Positions 1 to 12,923 of a stretch of DNA of 64,000 nt are shown here, piece after piece. The notes under the pieces are model-generated. The model was not told the DNA's origin. It saw only the letters and a list, made by a program, of their open reading frames with translations, and did no database searches. Made by a program: the position numbers and the translations under genes. The DNA is from Lama guanicoe (Eukaryota), in contig MU053561.1 in NCBI GenBank assembly GCA_013239625.1, forward strand, positions 3,054,283 through 3,118,282, given 5' to 3'. Positions within the stretch are counted from its first letter, which is position 1. Every line of letters begins with the position of its first letter.

Positions 1-168
1 CCCAGTGCTCTTCCAGGTGTACCTTTGATGGGGTCCCCAGCTTCTCCCTGGAGGTCTGGCCTGGGGCACTCTGGGAGGCCTTGCTGTGGCCCCGAGCTCA
101 GCAGCCCCTGGGCTCACCTGTCACCCTCCCTCCTGAGGCGTCTGCTCACCTCCTTAAAATAGCCCCTG

Positions 169-187
169 TGGCCAGCAGGTGGCAGCA
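169..187 (+). promoter_or_regulatory. Candidate CTCF site
   Basis: tggCCAGCAGGTGGCAGca matches the CTCF core CCASYAGRKGGCRS exactly; motif evidence only. Confidence 0.5.
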
Positions 188-2186
188 CTCTCACGTTCAA
201 CGCTCGGTGTCCAAGCAAAATGAGGAGCCTTTGTTCTGAGCCAGAGGTGGTGTCACCAAGAGAAAGGCCCACTGGGGCAAGCTAATCGCCTGTCCTTAGC
301 TGACCTTCACCCACAGAGCCAGAGGACAGACTCCTGCAGCTTGACATAAGGAGAGCAACCTGAGCAAATGGCAGAGACGGACAGCCTGCCCATCCTAAAG
401 CATGGGCTTGGCCTGGGGTGGCGTCATGGACACAGGCACCCGGGGCCTTTCAGGAAGGGAGCTCAGTGCCAAGAAGGCGTTTCCAGTTCTGAGGGTAACT
501 CTCTGTTCCTACCTGCCACTGCCCTGCCCACAAGCCACACTGTGCTGTGACTTACCTACTTGATCATTGGCTCTACCATATGGTCACCTCCTACGAGGGT
601 GACCAGCTGTCCCAGCTTGCTGGGGCTTGACCTGGGTTTGCTGCTGTAAGTCGCATATCGTGGGAAATCCCTAGTCCCAGCAAATAGACAGTTGGCCACC
701 TCAACTCCTAGACCCAGGTTTTGCAGAGTTCCTGCCTGGCACACAGTAGGCACTTTCCACTGTGCTACTGCTGCAGATGGTGGTCCTGACAGAGCAAGGC
801 AAAGGAGAAGTTGGGTGGGATCACCAGGGCCAACCAAATCCAACAGACAGAATTTGAGTTTACTTTTAAAAACCTACTCCCTTTGCTTTTTCTCAGAGGA
901 AAGGGCTGTGATATGTGAGGGAGAAACTCCAGAACAGCCTGTTTCTTCTCCCCTTTCTCCATCTTTGTCCTCCATCCGGTTTCTTCCCCTCCCCCAATGA
1001 GAGGGTGCAATCTAGCACTCGGTCCAGGGCCCTCCCAGAGTCCACAGCAGAGAACTCCATGTTCCAGGGGAGGGTGGGGAAGGCGGCAGGCGTGGTTCTC
1101 TTCTACTCCAGGTGGCTAGCTCGGGGCAGTCAGGCTCAGCAGACACTAACGTGTGGTGTGGCTTGAATCAGGGCAGAAAGCGTTGCTTAAACTAACGTAA
1201 GAAACGTGTAGATTCTTCTTCCCTGCTCTGGACGTTGGGATAAAGGGAAAACTTCTCACCATGGCCCCCACGTCCTGCACTGATTGTTCCTTGTCGACTC
1301 TCCAACCTTAGCGTGAGCCGCTTTCCCCAGCACTCACGGAGGCAGTCACCCTTCCTCCCAGTCCCTAGAAACGCCACTCTCTGTCCTGCCCCAGAGTCTT
1401 CACTCAGGCCATCCCCTCTGCCTGGTTAAGAACAGCAGGTGGCATCTGGCTTAGACGATCACCCTGAGAGGGTGAAACTGAAGCTTTGATGGGAAGGATG
1501 GGACGGGATGACATCCTTGAACTGGGGAGCAGGGATGGACGCAGAGACACTTTCAGGGTGGCAGGTGGCAGCTCTCCTGTCTCCTGGTTAGGAAGGAGCT
1601 AGCGGTGCTGAGAAATACAGACTTCTCACGGGCTTTGGGTTTCAGCGTTTCTGAATGACCCACCGCTCCTCATGCCAAAATCTATCGTTTTCGGTGGGTT
1701 CATTATTTATATGCCACTGGGGAGGAATTAACGCAGGCAGAGCCCTGTTCTAGATAAAAATTGACTGCACAGGTGAAATCCTGCTGACTCGTGTCTCCCA
1801 GCCAACATCTGGATTTGCTGGAGGCTGAATTAACCCAGAGTCTCAACAGGGCCTCTTAGGACTTGGTGACTGTTATTAATAGGCATAGTCTTTCACCTTA
1901 AAGGACAAAGGGCAGGAGTTTGAGTTATTTTCAGCCACAAGATAATGATAAATAAAAACAGGGTTTATCGAAGAAATGCTGAGCTTGTGGCGTGGAGTTT
2001 TCCCGGCAAACCAAATCTTAGACGGAATGCACAGCAGATCTGGTTATGAAGGCATGGATATCTTCAAGTCTCTGAAGCTCTGAGGGGGTAGTGAGAGCCT
2101 TTATTGGGGTCAGAGAAGGGCCTCCCCTCATCTCCAGGGCTAGAGGAATCTTGACTTTTCCACAGAGGCCATAGCAGCTGACACTC

Positions 2187-4200
2187 AACACAGGGCACAT
2201 GAAGGAGACCAGGAGGGATGCGTGCACAGGGGAGAAGCCGGTGCCAGCTCCTCACCGACCTTTGATTGAGCATGAAATGACTCTCATGGAAATTGGTTAG
2301 AAGCAGTCACCTTTGGGGTGCTGGGGGTGGGGCGGACCCCTGGGTTTAAACGGCCCTTGTTCTTTTCAAAGAGCTGGTGTCCATGACTACTTCCTTTCCA
2401 GGCGAACTCCAGCCACACCCCCTTACCCTTCTCGGGAGAGGAAGCTGAGCTTTGGGAAGTGGTCCAGGGTCCGGAGTCCCAAGGCAGTTTCAAGGACGAG
2501 GGTCATGGCTGCTCTTTGCCTCTGACTATCGTCTAAAAATGCAGACTTTTCAGGCTGCCCAGAGTAAAGAGTCAAAGGCTGGAAAGTGATGGTGTGGATG
2601 TGGGGAGGGGAAAATGGAGGGAAAGGCACCCAGTCTCCTCCATCCTGTGTGTGTTTGGTCTTTTTTTTTGTTTTCCACTGGGCAGTTCTAATCCAGTTCC
2701 TTCACATCTGTGCCTGTAGAGTCCCCTGGACGCCTCAGCTCTGGCACCACCCCACCCAGCGTGCCTGTTTCACCTCCCCTGCCACTGGCTTTTCAGCTAG
2801 AAGCCCCACCCTGCTCAGAACACGGAGTTCTGTCCCAGACTCTGGGAGGCAGACAGAAGGTGTGAAGGGAGGGGGGACAGTCAGAGCTGGAGGTGACAAG
2901 GAGAAAGAAAGGGACTGTTTGTTTTCCCCCTTAGGAGCCCTGGCTCCCACCTGCTGTCCAAGAGCTCAGGTGACAGATTTTTAAATGAAATGAAATCTTG
3001 CTCGTCACATTTGGTGATCCTTTGTAATCCCTCTTGGCCTCTCCGCTTCGACACTGCCACCACCTGCAGCACATTTATTGAGTGTCGGTGAGTGCCAGGC
3101 ACTGTGCTGGGCACAGAGGCTGGGCATTTATGCCATACTGAGGTGGACAGTCGAGGAAACAGCTGAAGGCTCCCATGGGTGTGCTACAGTGGGTGGTAGA
3201 AATCTAAACACTACTTTCTGAGAAGGAAACACCGTATTTTTTTTAAATTGAAGTATAGTTGGTTTACAATGTTGTGTTATTTTCAGGTGTACAGCAAAGT
3301 GATTCAGTTATACACATACATATATATTCTTTTTCATATTTTCTATTACAGGCTATTACAAGATATTGAATATAGCTCCCTGTGCTATATATTAGGACCT
3401 TGTTGCTCATTTTATATATAGTAGTGTGTATGTGTTAATCCCAAACTCCTAATTTATCCCTCCCCCCAACCCTTTTCCATTTGGTAACCATAGTTTGTTT
3501 TCTATGTTGCTTAGTCTATTTCCAGTTTGTAAATAAGTCCATTTGTATCATTTTTTTTAGATTCCACATGTAAGTGATATCATATGATGTTTGTCTTTGT
3601 CTGATTTCACTTACTATGATCATCTCTAGGTCCATCCGTAGAAGCACTGTGTTTTAAACAATGGTTACCTTCCTTCTTAGAGGAGCCCCAGCTGCCTGTT
3701 CCCATGATGCCACTTGGGGCGGGAAAGGAGGGGTGTTGAGACCTCTGTTGACTGACAGTGTTCCCATCATACCATCCTCCCTTTCCACTTGGGTCCCCCC
3801 AGGTGACGGTCAGCAGGCCGGGCAGCTTGCCCAGCAGGACCTCTTTCTTTAAGGAAATACAGTCTGGGGGCCGCACAAAGGTCCCTGGGTGGGTGGGTTG
3901 GGGCTCATTATGTGCTGGTGAGCCCCTGGGATGGCCGCTTCTGTAGTGGCCAGGTCAGAGTCAAATCCATTTTCCCGTGGTCTTAATGTGGACAAAGAAT
4001 TGAAGAGATAATTAATATTAGGTGCAAAAATATACTCAGAAATAAAATGTGTGAATTGCTCATTCTTTCCTCTGCTGGATGCAAACCAGTGTTTGTTGTT
4101 GAGCGCTGTCCTCTTCTCCAGTCACAGAGATAATTTAACCATTACGGGGCATACAGAAACTGATTTTTCCCCTCCACTCTTAGGGAAGCAGTAACGTGTG
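2187..4200 (+). repeat. 2,014-bp tandem duplication, copy 1
   Basis: Sequence starting aacacagggcacatga recurs at 4201; duplicated ORFs in the track are offset by exactly 2014 (2284 vs 4298, 3758 vs 5772). Confidence 0.97.
3237..3640 (-). mobile_element. 5'-truncated LINE-1 3' end (cetartiodactyl type), in duplication copy 1
   Basis: Poly(T) then ttgaagtatagttggtttacaatgttgtg...ctctaggtccatcc; degenerate TSD gaaacaccgtatttt / gaagcactgtgtttt. Confidence 0.9.
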
Positions 4201-6214
4201 AACACAGGGCACATGAGGGAGACCAGGAGGGATGCGTGCACAGGGGAGAGGCCGGTGCCAGCTCCTCACCGACCTTTGATCGAGCATGAAATGACTCTCA
4301 TGGAAATTGGTTAGAAGCAGTCACCTTTGGGGTGCTGGGGGTGGGGCGGACCCCTGGGTTTAAACGGCCCTTGTTCTTTTCAAAGAGCTGGTGTCCATGA
4401 CTACTTCCTTTCCAGGCGAACTCCAGCCACACCCCCTTACCCTTCTCGGGAGAGGAAGCTGAGCTTTGGGAAGTGGTCCAGGGTCTGGAGTCCCAAGGCA
4501 GTTTCAAGGACGAGGGTCATGGCTGCTCTTTGCCTCTGACTATCGTCTAAAAATGCAGACTTTTCAGGCTGCCCAGAGTAAAGAGTCAAAGGCTGGAAAG
4601 TGATGGTGTGGATGTGGGGAGGGGAAAATGGAGGGAAAGGCACCCAGTCTCCTCCATCCTGTGTGTGTTTGGTCTTTTTTTTTGTTTTCCTCTGGGCAGT
4701 TCTAATCCAGTTCCTTCACATCTGTGCCTGTAGAGTCCCCTGGACGCCTCAGCTCTGGCACCACCCCACCCAGCGTGCCTGTTTCACCTCCCCTGCCACT
4801 GGCTTTTCAGCTAGAAGCCCCACCCTGCTCAGAACACGGAGTTCTGTCCCAGACTCTGGGAGGCAGACAGAAGGTGTGAAGGGAGGGGGGACAGTCAGAG
4901 CTGGAGGTGACAAGGAGAAAGAAAGGGACTGTTTGTTTTCCCCCTTAGGAGCCCTGGCTCCCACCTGCTGTCCAAGAGCTCAGGTGACAGATTTTTAAAT
5001 GAAATGAAATCTTGCTCGTCACATTTGGTGATCCTTTGTAATCCCTCTTGGCCTCTCTGCTTCGACACTGCCACCACCTGCAGCACATTTATTGAGTGTC
5101 GGTGAGTGCCAGGCACTGTGCTGGGCACAGAGGCTGGGCATTTATGCCATACTGAGGTGGACAGTCGAGGAAACAGCTGAAGGCTCCCATGGGTGTGCTA
5201 CAGTGGGTGGTAGAAATCTAAACACTACTTTCTGAGAAGGAAACACCGTATTTTTTTTAAATTGAAGTATAGTTGGTTTACAATGTTGTGTTATTTTCAG
5301 GTGTACAGCAAAGTGATTCAGTTATACACATACATATATATTCTTTTTCATATTTTCTATTACAGGCTATTACAAGATATTGAATATAGCTCCCTGTGCT
5401 ATATATTAGGACCTTGTTGCTCATTTTATATATAGTAGTGTGTATGTGTTAATCCCAAACTCCTAATTTATCCCTCCCCCCAACCCTTTTCCATTTGGTA
5501 ACCATAGTTTGTTTTCTATGTTGCTTAGTCTATTTCCAGTTTGTAAATAAGTCCATTTGTATCATTTTTTTTAGATTCCACATGTAAGTGATATCATATG
5601 ATGTTTGTCTTTGTCTGATTTCACTTACTATGATCATCTCTAGGTCCATCCGTAGAAGCACTGTGTTTTAAACAATGGTTACCTTCCTTCTTAGAGGAGC
5701 CCCAGCTGCCTGTTCCCATGATGCCACTTGGGGCGGGAAAGGAGGGGTGTTGAGACCTCTGTTGACTGACAGTGTTCCCATCATACCATCCTCCCTTTCC
5801 ACTTGGGTCCCCCCAGGTGACGGTCAGCAGGCCGGGCAGCTTGCCCAGCAGGACCTCTTTCTTTAAGGAAATACAGTCTGGGGGCCGCACAAAGGTCCCT
5901 GGGTGGGTGGGTTGGGGCTCATTATGTGCTGGTGAGCCCCTGGGATGGCCGCTTCTGTAGTGGCCAGGTCAGAGTCAAATCCATTTTCCCGTGGTCTTAA
6001 TGTGGACAAAGAATTGAAGAGATAATTAATATTAGGTGCAAAAATATACTCAGAAATAAAATGTGTGAATTGCTCATTCTTTCCTCTGCTGGATGCAAAC
6101 CAGTGTTTGTTGTTGAGCGCTGTCCTCTTCTCCAGTCACAGAGATAATTTAACCATTACGGGGCATACAGAAACTGATTTTTCCCCTCCACTCTTAGGGA
6201 AGCAGTAACGTGTG
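4201..6214 (+). repeat. 2,014-bp tandem duplication, copy 2
   Basis: Ends ...gcagtaacgtgtg as copy 1 does at 4200; six substitutions seen relative to copy 1. Confidence 0.97.
5251..5654 (-). mobile_element. Same L1 3' end, in duplication copy 2
   Basis: Appears identical to 3237-3640 (offset 2014). Confidence 0.9.
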
Positions 6215-6960
6215 ATGGTCCACAGGATAGTACACGGGGTTCCATAAACCTGAGTCACCTGGCCCAGGATGTTATTTATAGGAGTAGATTAAGGGACTGG
6301 AAAGAGAATTCCGAGACCAGTTGAAACTGACAGGTGATTTCAATAAAGGTGAGGGTGTTTACGTAGAGTCTGCTCTTGATTATACAGAATATGAGATTAT
6401 TATAATACATCCTGACTGGGGAGGCAAAAGCCTGGCTCTGGAGGACTTATTTGTGTTGCAAATATTTTTCCCATGGGCAGTTTGGCCACCATCCCTCAGT
6501 CCATCTGTGCCCAGTCTCGAGGGCCAGAGCACGAACGCGCACAGGGTGGACGCCACTTCTTGTGGGGGCATCTGGATGGCCTGGGGTGAGCGAGGGGACT
6601 CAGCAGGCCTGGCCCCCAGGAGGGCTGCAGCAGGGTGAGCCTGAGGGAGGGAGGAGAGGGTCGCATTCTTGTCAGGCAAGGCAAAGGCTCAGCAGAGAGG
6701 GTGCAGGTGAACGACGCCACTGTCACCTTCCCAAACCTGTTTCGGGAAGGCTCCCCGTTGTAGAGGGACGCTGGGAGAGGAGACATGGTCCCAGCCGCTG
6801 AAACACTGAAAAAAAAACCACAGGGATTGTTTTTTTTTTAATTGAAGTAAGTTGATTTACTATGTTAGTTTTTGGAGAGGGCTGTTTTGTTTTGGTCTTT
6901 TATGAACGTTAGGGGCTCAGTGAGCACCAGACACTAGTTGTATAGTTTCTCTGTGTGCGT

Positions 6961-7072
6961 TTTTTTTTTTTTTTTTTTTTGGTTGGGGAGGTAATTACGT
7001 TCATTTATTTGAACCCAAGACCTCATGCGTGCTGCGCATGTGCTCTGCCACTGAGTGATACCCATCTCCCTC
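6961..7072 (-). mobile_element. tRNA-derived SINE (Vic-1-like), internally deleted
   Basis: Poly(T), ttgaaccca (B-box reverse), ccactgag (A-box reverse); TSD ttctctgtgtgcgtttt / ttctctgtgcacgtttt. Confidence 0.75.
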
Positions 7073-8703
7073 TTCTCTGTGCACGTTTTCTGGGGGGAAA
7101 AGCCCATACCTGTCCTCTAACCTTCACGGGCCCATGACGCCCCATCACACAACATAAGCAGAACCTTCCTCTGATAACCGCTCCTTAGGAACTGACGACC
7201 CAACTTTCCGTCTGTGGCCCAGGGCAGAGTGTGCTGGATGTGCTCTGGCCTGTTTGATCTAGCACAGCCCGTGGCAGAAAGGCCCGCCGGCCACCTGCCC
7301 ACTTCTCCTCTGCCCTGCCCTCCTCCTCTCTTCCCTTCCCACCTTTTCTCTCCCCCTCCTACTCTCGCTGCCACTTCGTTTTCCTTCTCACCTCCCCTGC
7401 GATATAGATCTGACATATTAATCATTACAACAGCAGCTCAGAATTCCACCGCGCCTCATTAATCTGGGGTAACATCCCACGTGGGCTGATGAGCGCTGCA
7501 GGGTATGTGCATGCATTCTTCCTGGGGTCCAGGAGAGTGGAAATTTCTTAGTTTCCATTTGTCACAAAACAGGAGGCCCTTACAGAAGGCCCCGGGAAGG
7601 CCGGTGGGGGATTGGCTAGGAGAGGGTGGGAAAGAGGATGGATTCCTATCCGAGAAGGCATTAGTCACCCATCACGGACTCCGGCAGACCTTGCACTGTT
7701 CAAGGACTCCCGTTGTAGAGGCTGAGTTGTAAAATCCTATTAGGGTGTCCGAGACCAGAACAGTATGACTTTAATAAGGTTAAAGTTTGGCATTTTACAG
7801 CTTTTATTACGATAAGGTTTTTAGTCACGGGAAGGTGAAAGAACTAACGAGGGTCTGTCCAAACTTAGCTGGTCAGACCTCGGGTGTGGCCAGGCGTGGC
7901 CTCCTGCCAGGTGCCCGAGGGTATCCTTTGTCATGCTGTGAGCCTGGCTTTCAAGCTACAAGTTCCGCCCTGCATGTCAGAAAGTCTGTTCACCTAACTC
8001 TGGCCGCTGGGACTGACCAGGGAGTAGATCCAGGCAGCGATTTTCAGCCAGGAAGAGTCCTTGAGACAAGCAGACTTCTTCCAGAGATGTCACCTGACCT
8101 TAGACTGTCGACAAGCTGTCACCTACAGTAAGAGTGGGGAGACGATTCCATTCCCAAAGCACCTGCCATCAGATGTCCACTGGTGTAAATTCCAGGTGCT
8201 TCATATGGTCTTGTCTATGTCCGTTACATCATAATGTTCCATCATTTACAAAGTTATTTCCCCAAACTGGGCATCTCAAACCAATAATACTGAGTACGTG
8301 CCTATCCTGTGTCCGAGCTGACACTGGGACCTGCAGAAATGTGTAGATGAGAAGTCCCTGCCTGCCAGGAGCAAAGTCTAGAAGCCGAAGAGATGTGGTC
8401 CAGTGTTAAGTGCCTACAAAGTTCTTGAGCGCATGCCAGCCGTGAGCCGCCGCCGCCGCCGCTGCGTGGGGCTGCGGAGATGAAGGCACAGTGCATTCCC
8501 TGGAGAAGCTCCCGGCTCAGCTGGGGAGTGGAGCCATTCACGACTGAATGCACTCCAGGCACACCTGAGTCCTTGCTAGGTGTGCACAGTCCCCTGACTG
8601 CAGCCCCCAGCAGCACAGCGTGCGGGGCCCTAGGGGGTCCCCGGGTCTGTGAGAGCAGGAGAGAGGAACACAGTGGAGGAAAGGGGAAACCAATAGGAAG
8701 GAA

Positions 8704-8759
8704 CCCATTCCTAACGCTTAGTGTCTGGCGGCCCATTCCTAACGCTTAGTGTCTGGCGG
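8704..8759. repeat. Perfect 28-bp tandem duplication
   Basis: cccattcctaacgcttagtgtctggcgg x2. Confidence 0.95.
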
Positions 8760-11109
8760 GCTTCAGTGCGACTTTGTTTTTGGTGCAGAGCTGCCGTTTT
8801 CCTTTTAGGTCTGAGATGGATGTGAACCATCAGGGCTGATGTGAGTGCAACTGACTTTGCAGGTAAGCTCCAAGCCCTGGGAGCACCATTTCAGGGCTCC
8901 TTGGACAAGGGCTACCCAGGCCTGGGCTGGACCTCCTGGGGTGACTTTGGACCAGGGTGGGTCCTGCTTATGGCATACTCTTGCCTCAAGACCAGCCAGA
9001 ATTATGCTTCACTGCATAGCAGGGAGGAGGACCAGTGGGTGACATCTCCCAGCGTGGCCGGTGCTAAGCACGGGGAAGAGTCACCCACACCTCAGCCCTC
9101 ACACAACCTCACACACCACCTCAGGGCTCTAGTCCCCAGCTTGTGAGCTTGTAATATGGTGGCCAGGGTGCAGGTGGCCCTAGGGCTCAGTGACATCTGG
9201 GAGCTGCCCTTTCATGGTTGTGCAGATTGGCTTTTTCACCTGGGAAACCCGATGTTAGAGGACAGCCTTCGCCACCCTGGGGGGCCAGGAGGGGCTGCGG
9301 GTGGTCCCCTGTGTCTGCTTAGGAGCCTGGACGAAGGAAGAACCCAAGGACACACGGCTCCCACGTGGGGAGCAACCAGGCTGATACTATGACCTAAAGC
9401 GCTCTCTGGACCCTAAGCCCTCCTGCAGGGGAAGCAGATATCTCTGGAAATGGCCCTCCGTGCCCCTGCGAGGCAAGTCTCCTCCTCCCTGGCCACTCCT
9501 GGCTTGTGAATGAGGCTCGTGACTCACATCTGCGGGGAAGGGAAGGGGAAGGCGGCCGCTGTTAGGGAGCCTACTTCAAATGCCAGGCCGGCGCAAATAG
9601 CACGCCTGCCTGTGAATAGCCTCCCAGCTGTTCTGCGGGAGGCCGAGCGTGTTCTCATCCAAAGCACATTTGTTCTATTTATGAGCCGCATCAGGCGCCA
9701 CTGGCCGCCTACCTTCGGCCCCTCAAGGCCAGCTTCGTGTTCTTTGTTCCCTAAAGTCTCACCAAGGTGAAATATTAACCGGTGGTGGGACAGAAGGGCC
9801 TGGGAGCCTCCCAAGGCAGGGCTGATGAAGGGCACCGGGAGGGAGTGTTGTTTGCTGGCCTGGAATTTTCCATCCCTCTGAAGCTCACATGACCAGGGCA
9901 GTGTGTTCGTCAAGCCACACCGCGAAGATGGGTGCCAAGGTGGCTGGTGCTAAGTAAGCAGACGGTGGGTGGCCACAGCTGGTTATAGCTTCGTGGTCCC
10001 TGGTGATACTCACCCGTGCAGGGGTGGTGGAAATTCGGAGAGCTGAGAGCCAGGAGACTGGGGACCTGGACCTGACTCTGCCCCCGGAACAGCCCGGGGG
10101 ACCTTGAGGGAGATGCTAATTGTCTCAGTGCTTCTGCTCCCTTGGCCATAAAACAAGGGACTGGATGAGAGCACAGAGGTCCTTTCCGACTTGGACATTT
10201 CCTGCTCTGGATTCAGAGACCAGTGAGCTCCATTTCTAACTAGCTGTACTAGCATATTTCCTTATCGTCTCTGAGCAGTGACTGCGGCCTGCCCTCGGCT
10301 AACTGTGCTTCTCTCTTCTCTCCCTTCGCTCCGTCGGCCTCTCTGCTGCCTGGCCTCACTCCCTTTACCTCACCTCCCTTGTCTTCATCATAGGGCTGAG
10401 AACATCTCCTTCGAAGCCAGAACGCAAGTTAGTTACACGTCTCCTGAGTCGAGAGGACCCGAGTTTGCCACTTTCCAGCACTCCTACTTCCTTGCCATGT
10501 GACCTCGGCCAGATTATTTCTCTGGGCATCAATGCCTCATCCAGCAGAAGGGAATTATCTTAGGATTTTTGTAAGAATGACACATAGTATCTCACACAGG
10601 AAGTCTCCATACATACAAGCCCTGATATGATAATAGCTTAAAAGTTGGCACAACACGAGGAACTAATCTCTCCCCAGACACCTTCTCCTTTGGCCTCTGT
10701 TTCTGCTAACAGGGCTGCTCTCCTCCTGTTCCCGGGCTTTGGACTTGAGGTCACCTTGACCTTTCTTCTCACTTGTTCCCTGCAATGATTACCTCTGGAA
10801 GTCTTCTTTAGAGTTGCCCTGGGCCTGACAGTTGTGGGCAGAAGGCCTGCAGGTCCAGGGCCAAGCAAGGGGTCAGCCCTCGGCTGAGATGGGGGTACAG
10901 TCTTTGTGAATTGCAGTTTCCGGGGGGGACTGAATTCAAATCATGGTTGATTGGCCAGGTTTCCCTGAAGGTGGGTGTGGGCTTCATTGGCTGGGGTCAA
11001 GTGGATCAGGTTATACTTTCTTTGGATTTGCTATTGAGCTCCTTACCATCCAGAATCTTCCCTGGTGCAGATTCCTGTTCCCTGGGCACTGAACGTTGCC
11101 ATGGGGATC

Positions 11110-11210
11110 TTTTATTTTTATTTTATTTTTTTAGTTTTTAATTTTTAATTGAAGTATACTTGATTTACAAAGTTGTGTTAGTTTCTGGTGTACAGCATAG
11201 TGATTCAGTG
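11110..11210 (-). mobile_element. Very short L1 3'-end fragment
   Basis: T-rich tail then aattgaagtatacttgatttacaaagttgtgttagtttctggtgtacagcatagtgattcag. Confidence 0.8.
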
Positions 11211-11439
11211 GTACGCATGGGGCTCCTTTAGAGTGACATGAACTTGAAACATACAGGGAAAGGTGGGCACTTCCAGATTGCCCATATAATGCTCTGAGAA
11301 AATCTTTAAAAATTGGTTCCTCTTGTGGATACAGGACTATGGGCATATAGTGGAATGCAAACTGCATTTCCGTATCCATTTCCCCCTTGGCCATAAGCCT
11401 TTGTGCGGGACCCAACCTGCTCAACCTTAAGTGCAGATC

Positions 11440-11560
11440 TGGTACTCACCCATGAGGGCTCAAGTTCCATGAATGTACGGTCCCTGTCTCTTTCACCTAG
11501 CAAAAGGCCTGGCACAATGTAGGTGCTCACTAAATATTGTTGAGTGTTGAATGAATGACA
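11440..11560. mobile_element. L2 3'-end fragment
   Basis: cctggcacaatgtaggtgctcactaaatattgttgagtgttgaatgaatga. Confidence 0.7.
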
Positions 11561-11619
11561 GAAATGTGACTTCTAGCTAGCGATGCTTGGAGTAACTGAG
11601 GCCAAAGGGCTCTGATGCC

Positions 11620-11840
11620 CACAGAGTGAGGTTGTTAAGTGCATGTGCTTTGGAGTCAGACAAAACTGAGTTTGGATTTGGCCCTACCTCTTAATAGATG
11701 CATGACCGTAACTTCTCTGAGTCTCAATTTCTCCATCTTTAAAGTAGGGCTATCCTAACACCTGCCTCACTGGTACTGCGGTGAGGGTTCTCTGAGATGA
11801 CATTGCCCCTATGTGTAAACCCCCTCTATCAGCATTTGAC
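11620..11840 (+). mobile_element. MIR SINE
   Basis: gctttggagtcagac...cttctctgagtctcaatttctccatctttaaagtagggc core. Confidence 0.7.
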
Positions 11841-12823
11841 AGGAGGTTATGTTGTGACTGACCCCAACTGGAGAGCACGGAGGATGGGCATTCCCGGGCA
11901 TCACCTCCCAAATGTGAAAGGCTCGAGGGCTGCCAGAGCCTGGTGCCCTTCCAGCCATTCTCAGTAGGGATCTCAGATATGGATTGAGGTGGCTTGTGGT
12001 CATCATGATTGTTGGCTGGTACCCATCCCACTGCACATGCACACACTTACTGGGGCCTCAAGACCCATTAGGCAATCAGGCATTCAATGTTCCGTTTTCC
12101 CAGAAAAGGCATGACTTACATTGGTTAGATTACAAATATCTTCTACAACTTAACTGCTTCCCATTACTGTACCCCTGGTTGCTCTTTTGCTTGGTTTTGG
12201 CGACCTGCCACCATCATGTAGCTGATCTCAAGCTATCAGCAAAGGCAAGGAAAACAATGGTCTCTCTGCAAGGCTCTGCCCTCCCACAAGCTCAGGGACC
12301 ACAACGCCTACATGTTGGGGTGGAAAACCAACCTCCCCAGCTTCTGAGGAGGTTCTGCTGAGAAATATAATACACGCACATACTGGTGTGTGCCTGGGTT
12401 TTTAAAGCATGCTGCCGTCCATCTGAGAGGGTGCATTTGTGCATTTCATCCTTCAGCCACGTTGCAAGTGAGCATTTGTGAAAGGCTCTGCAGAGGAGCT
12501 GGAGAAAATTGGTGAATAAATTCAGACTAGAGGGGAAAAGCAGGAAAGGGTTTTTCTATCAGCAGTTGCATGTGTCTACAGGGACCTGAAAAGTGTCTTG
12601 AGTTTTTTAAGCCTTAAAGTTTCCTATTTTAAAAACATCACTACTGGCTCATCCACGCCAATTGATCGAGAGCTGAAGTGACTTTCCAGGGGGTAGATGT
12701 GAGGGGGTCAGGAGCGATGACGGGGGATAGTTCATGGAATAATGAAATGAACAGAGGACTGAGGGTCAAAAGACAGGTTTAAATCTCTGTTTTGTTCCTG
12801 ATTCATTATGCAGTTCATTTGCT

Positions 12824-12887
12824 TTTTATTGAAGTATAGTTGATTTATAATGTGTTAGTTTCTGGTATACAGCATAATGATTCAGTT

Positions 12888-12923
<36 letters not shown>

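Noticed and set aside
8446..8460. (GCC)5 as a 5' UTR or first-exon repeat
   Set aside because: Too short and not within a real CpG island
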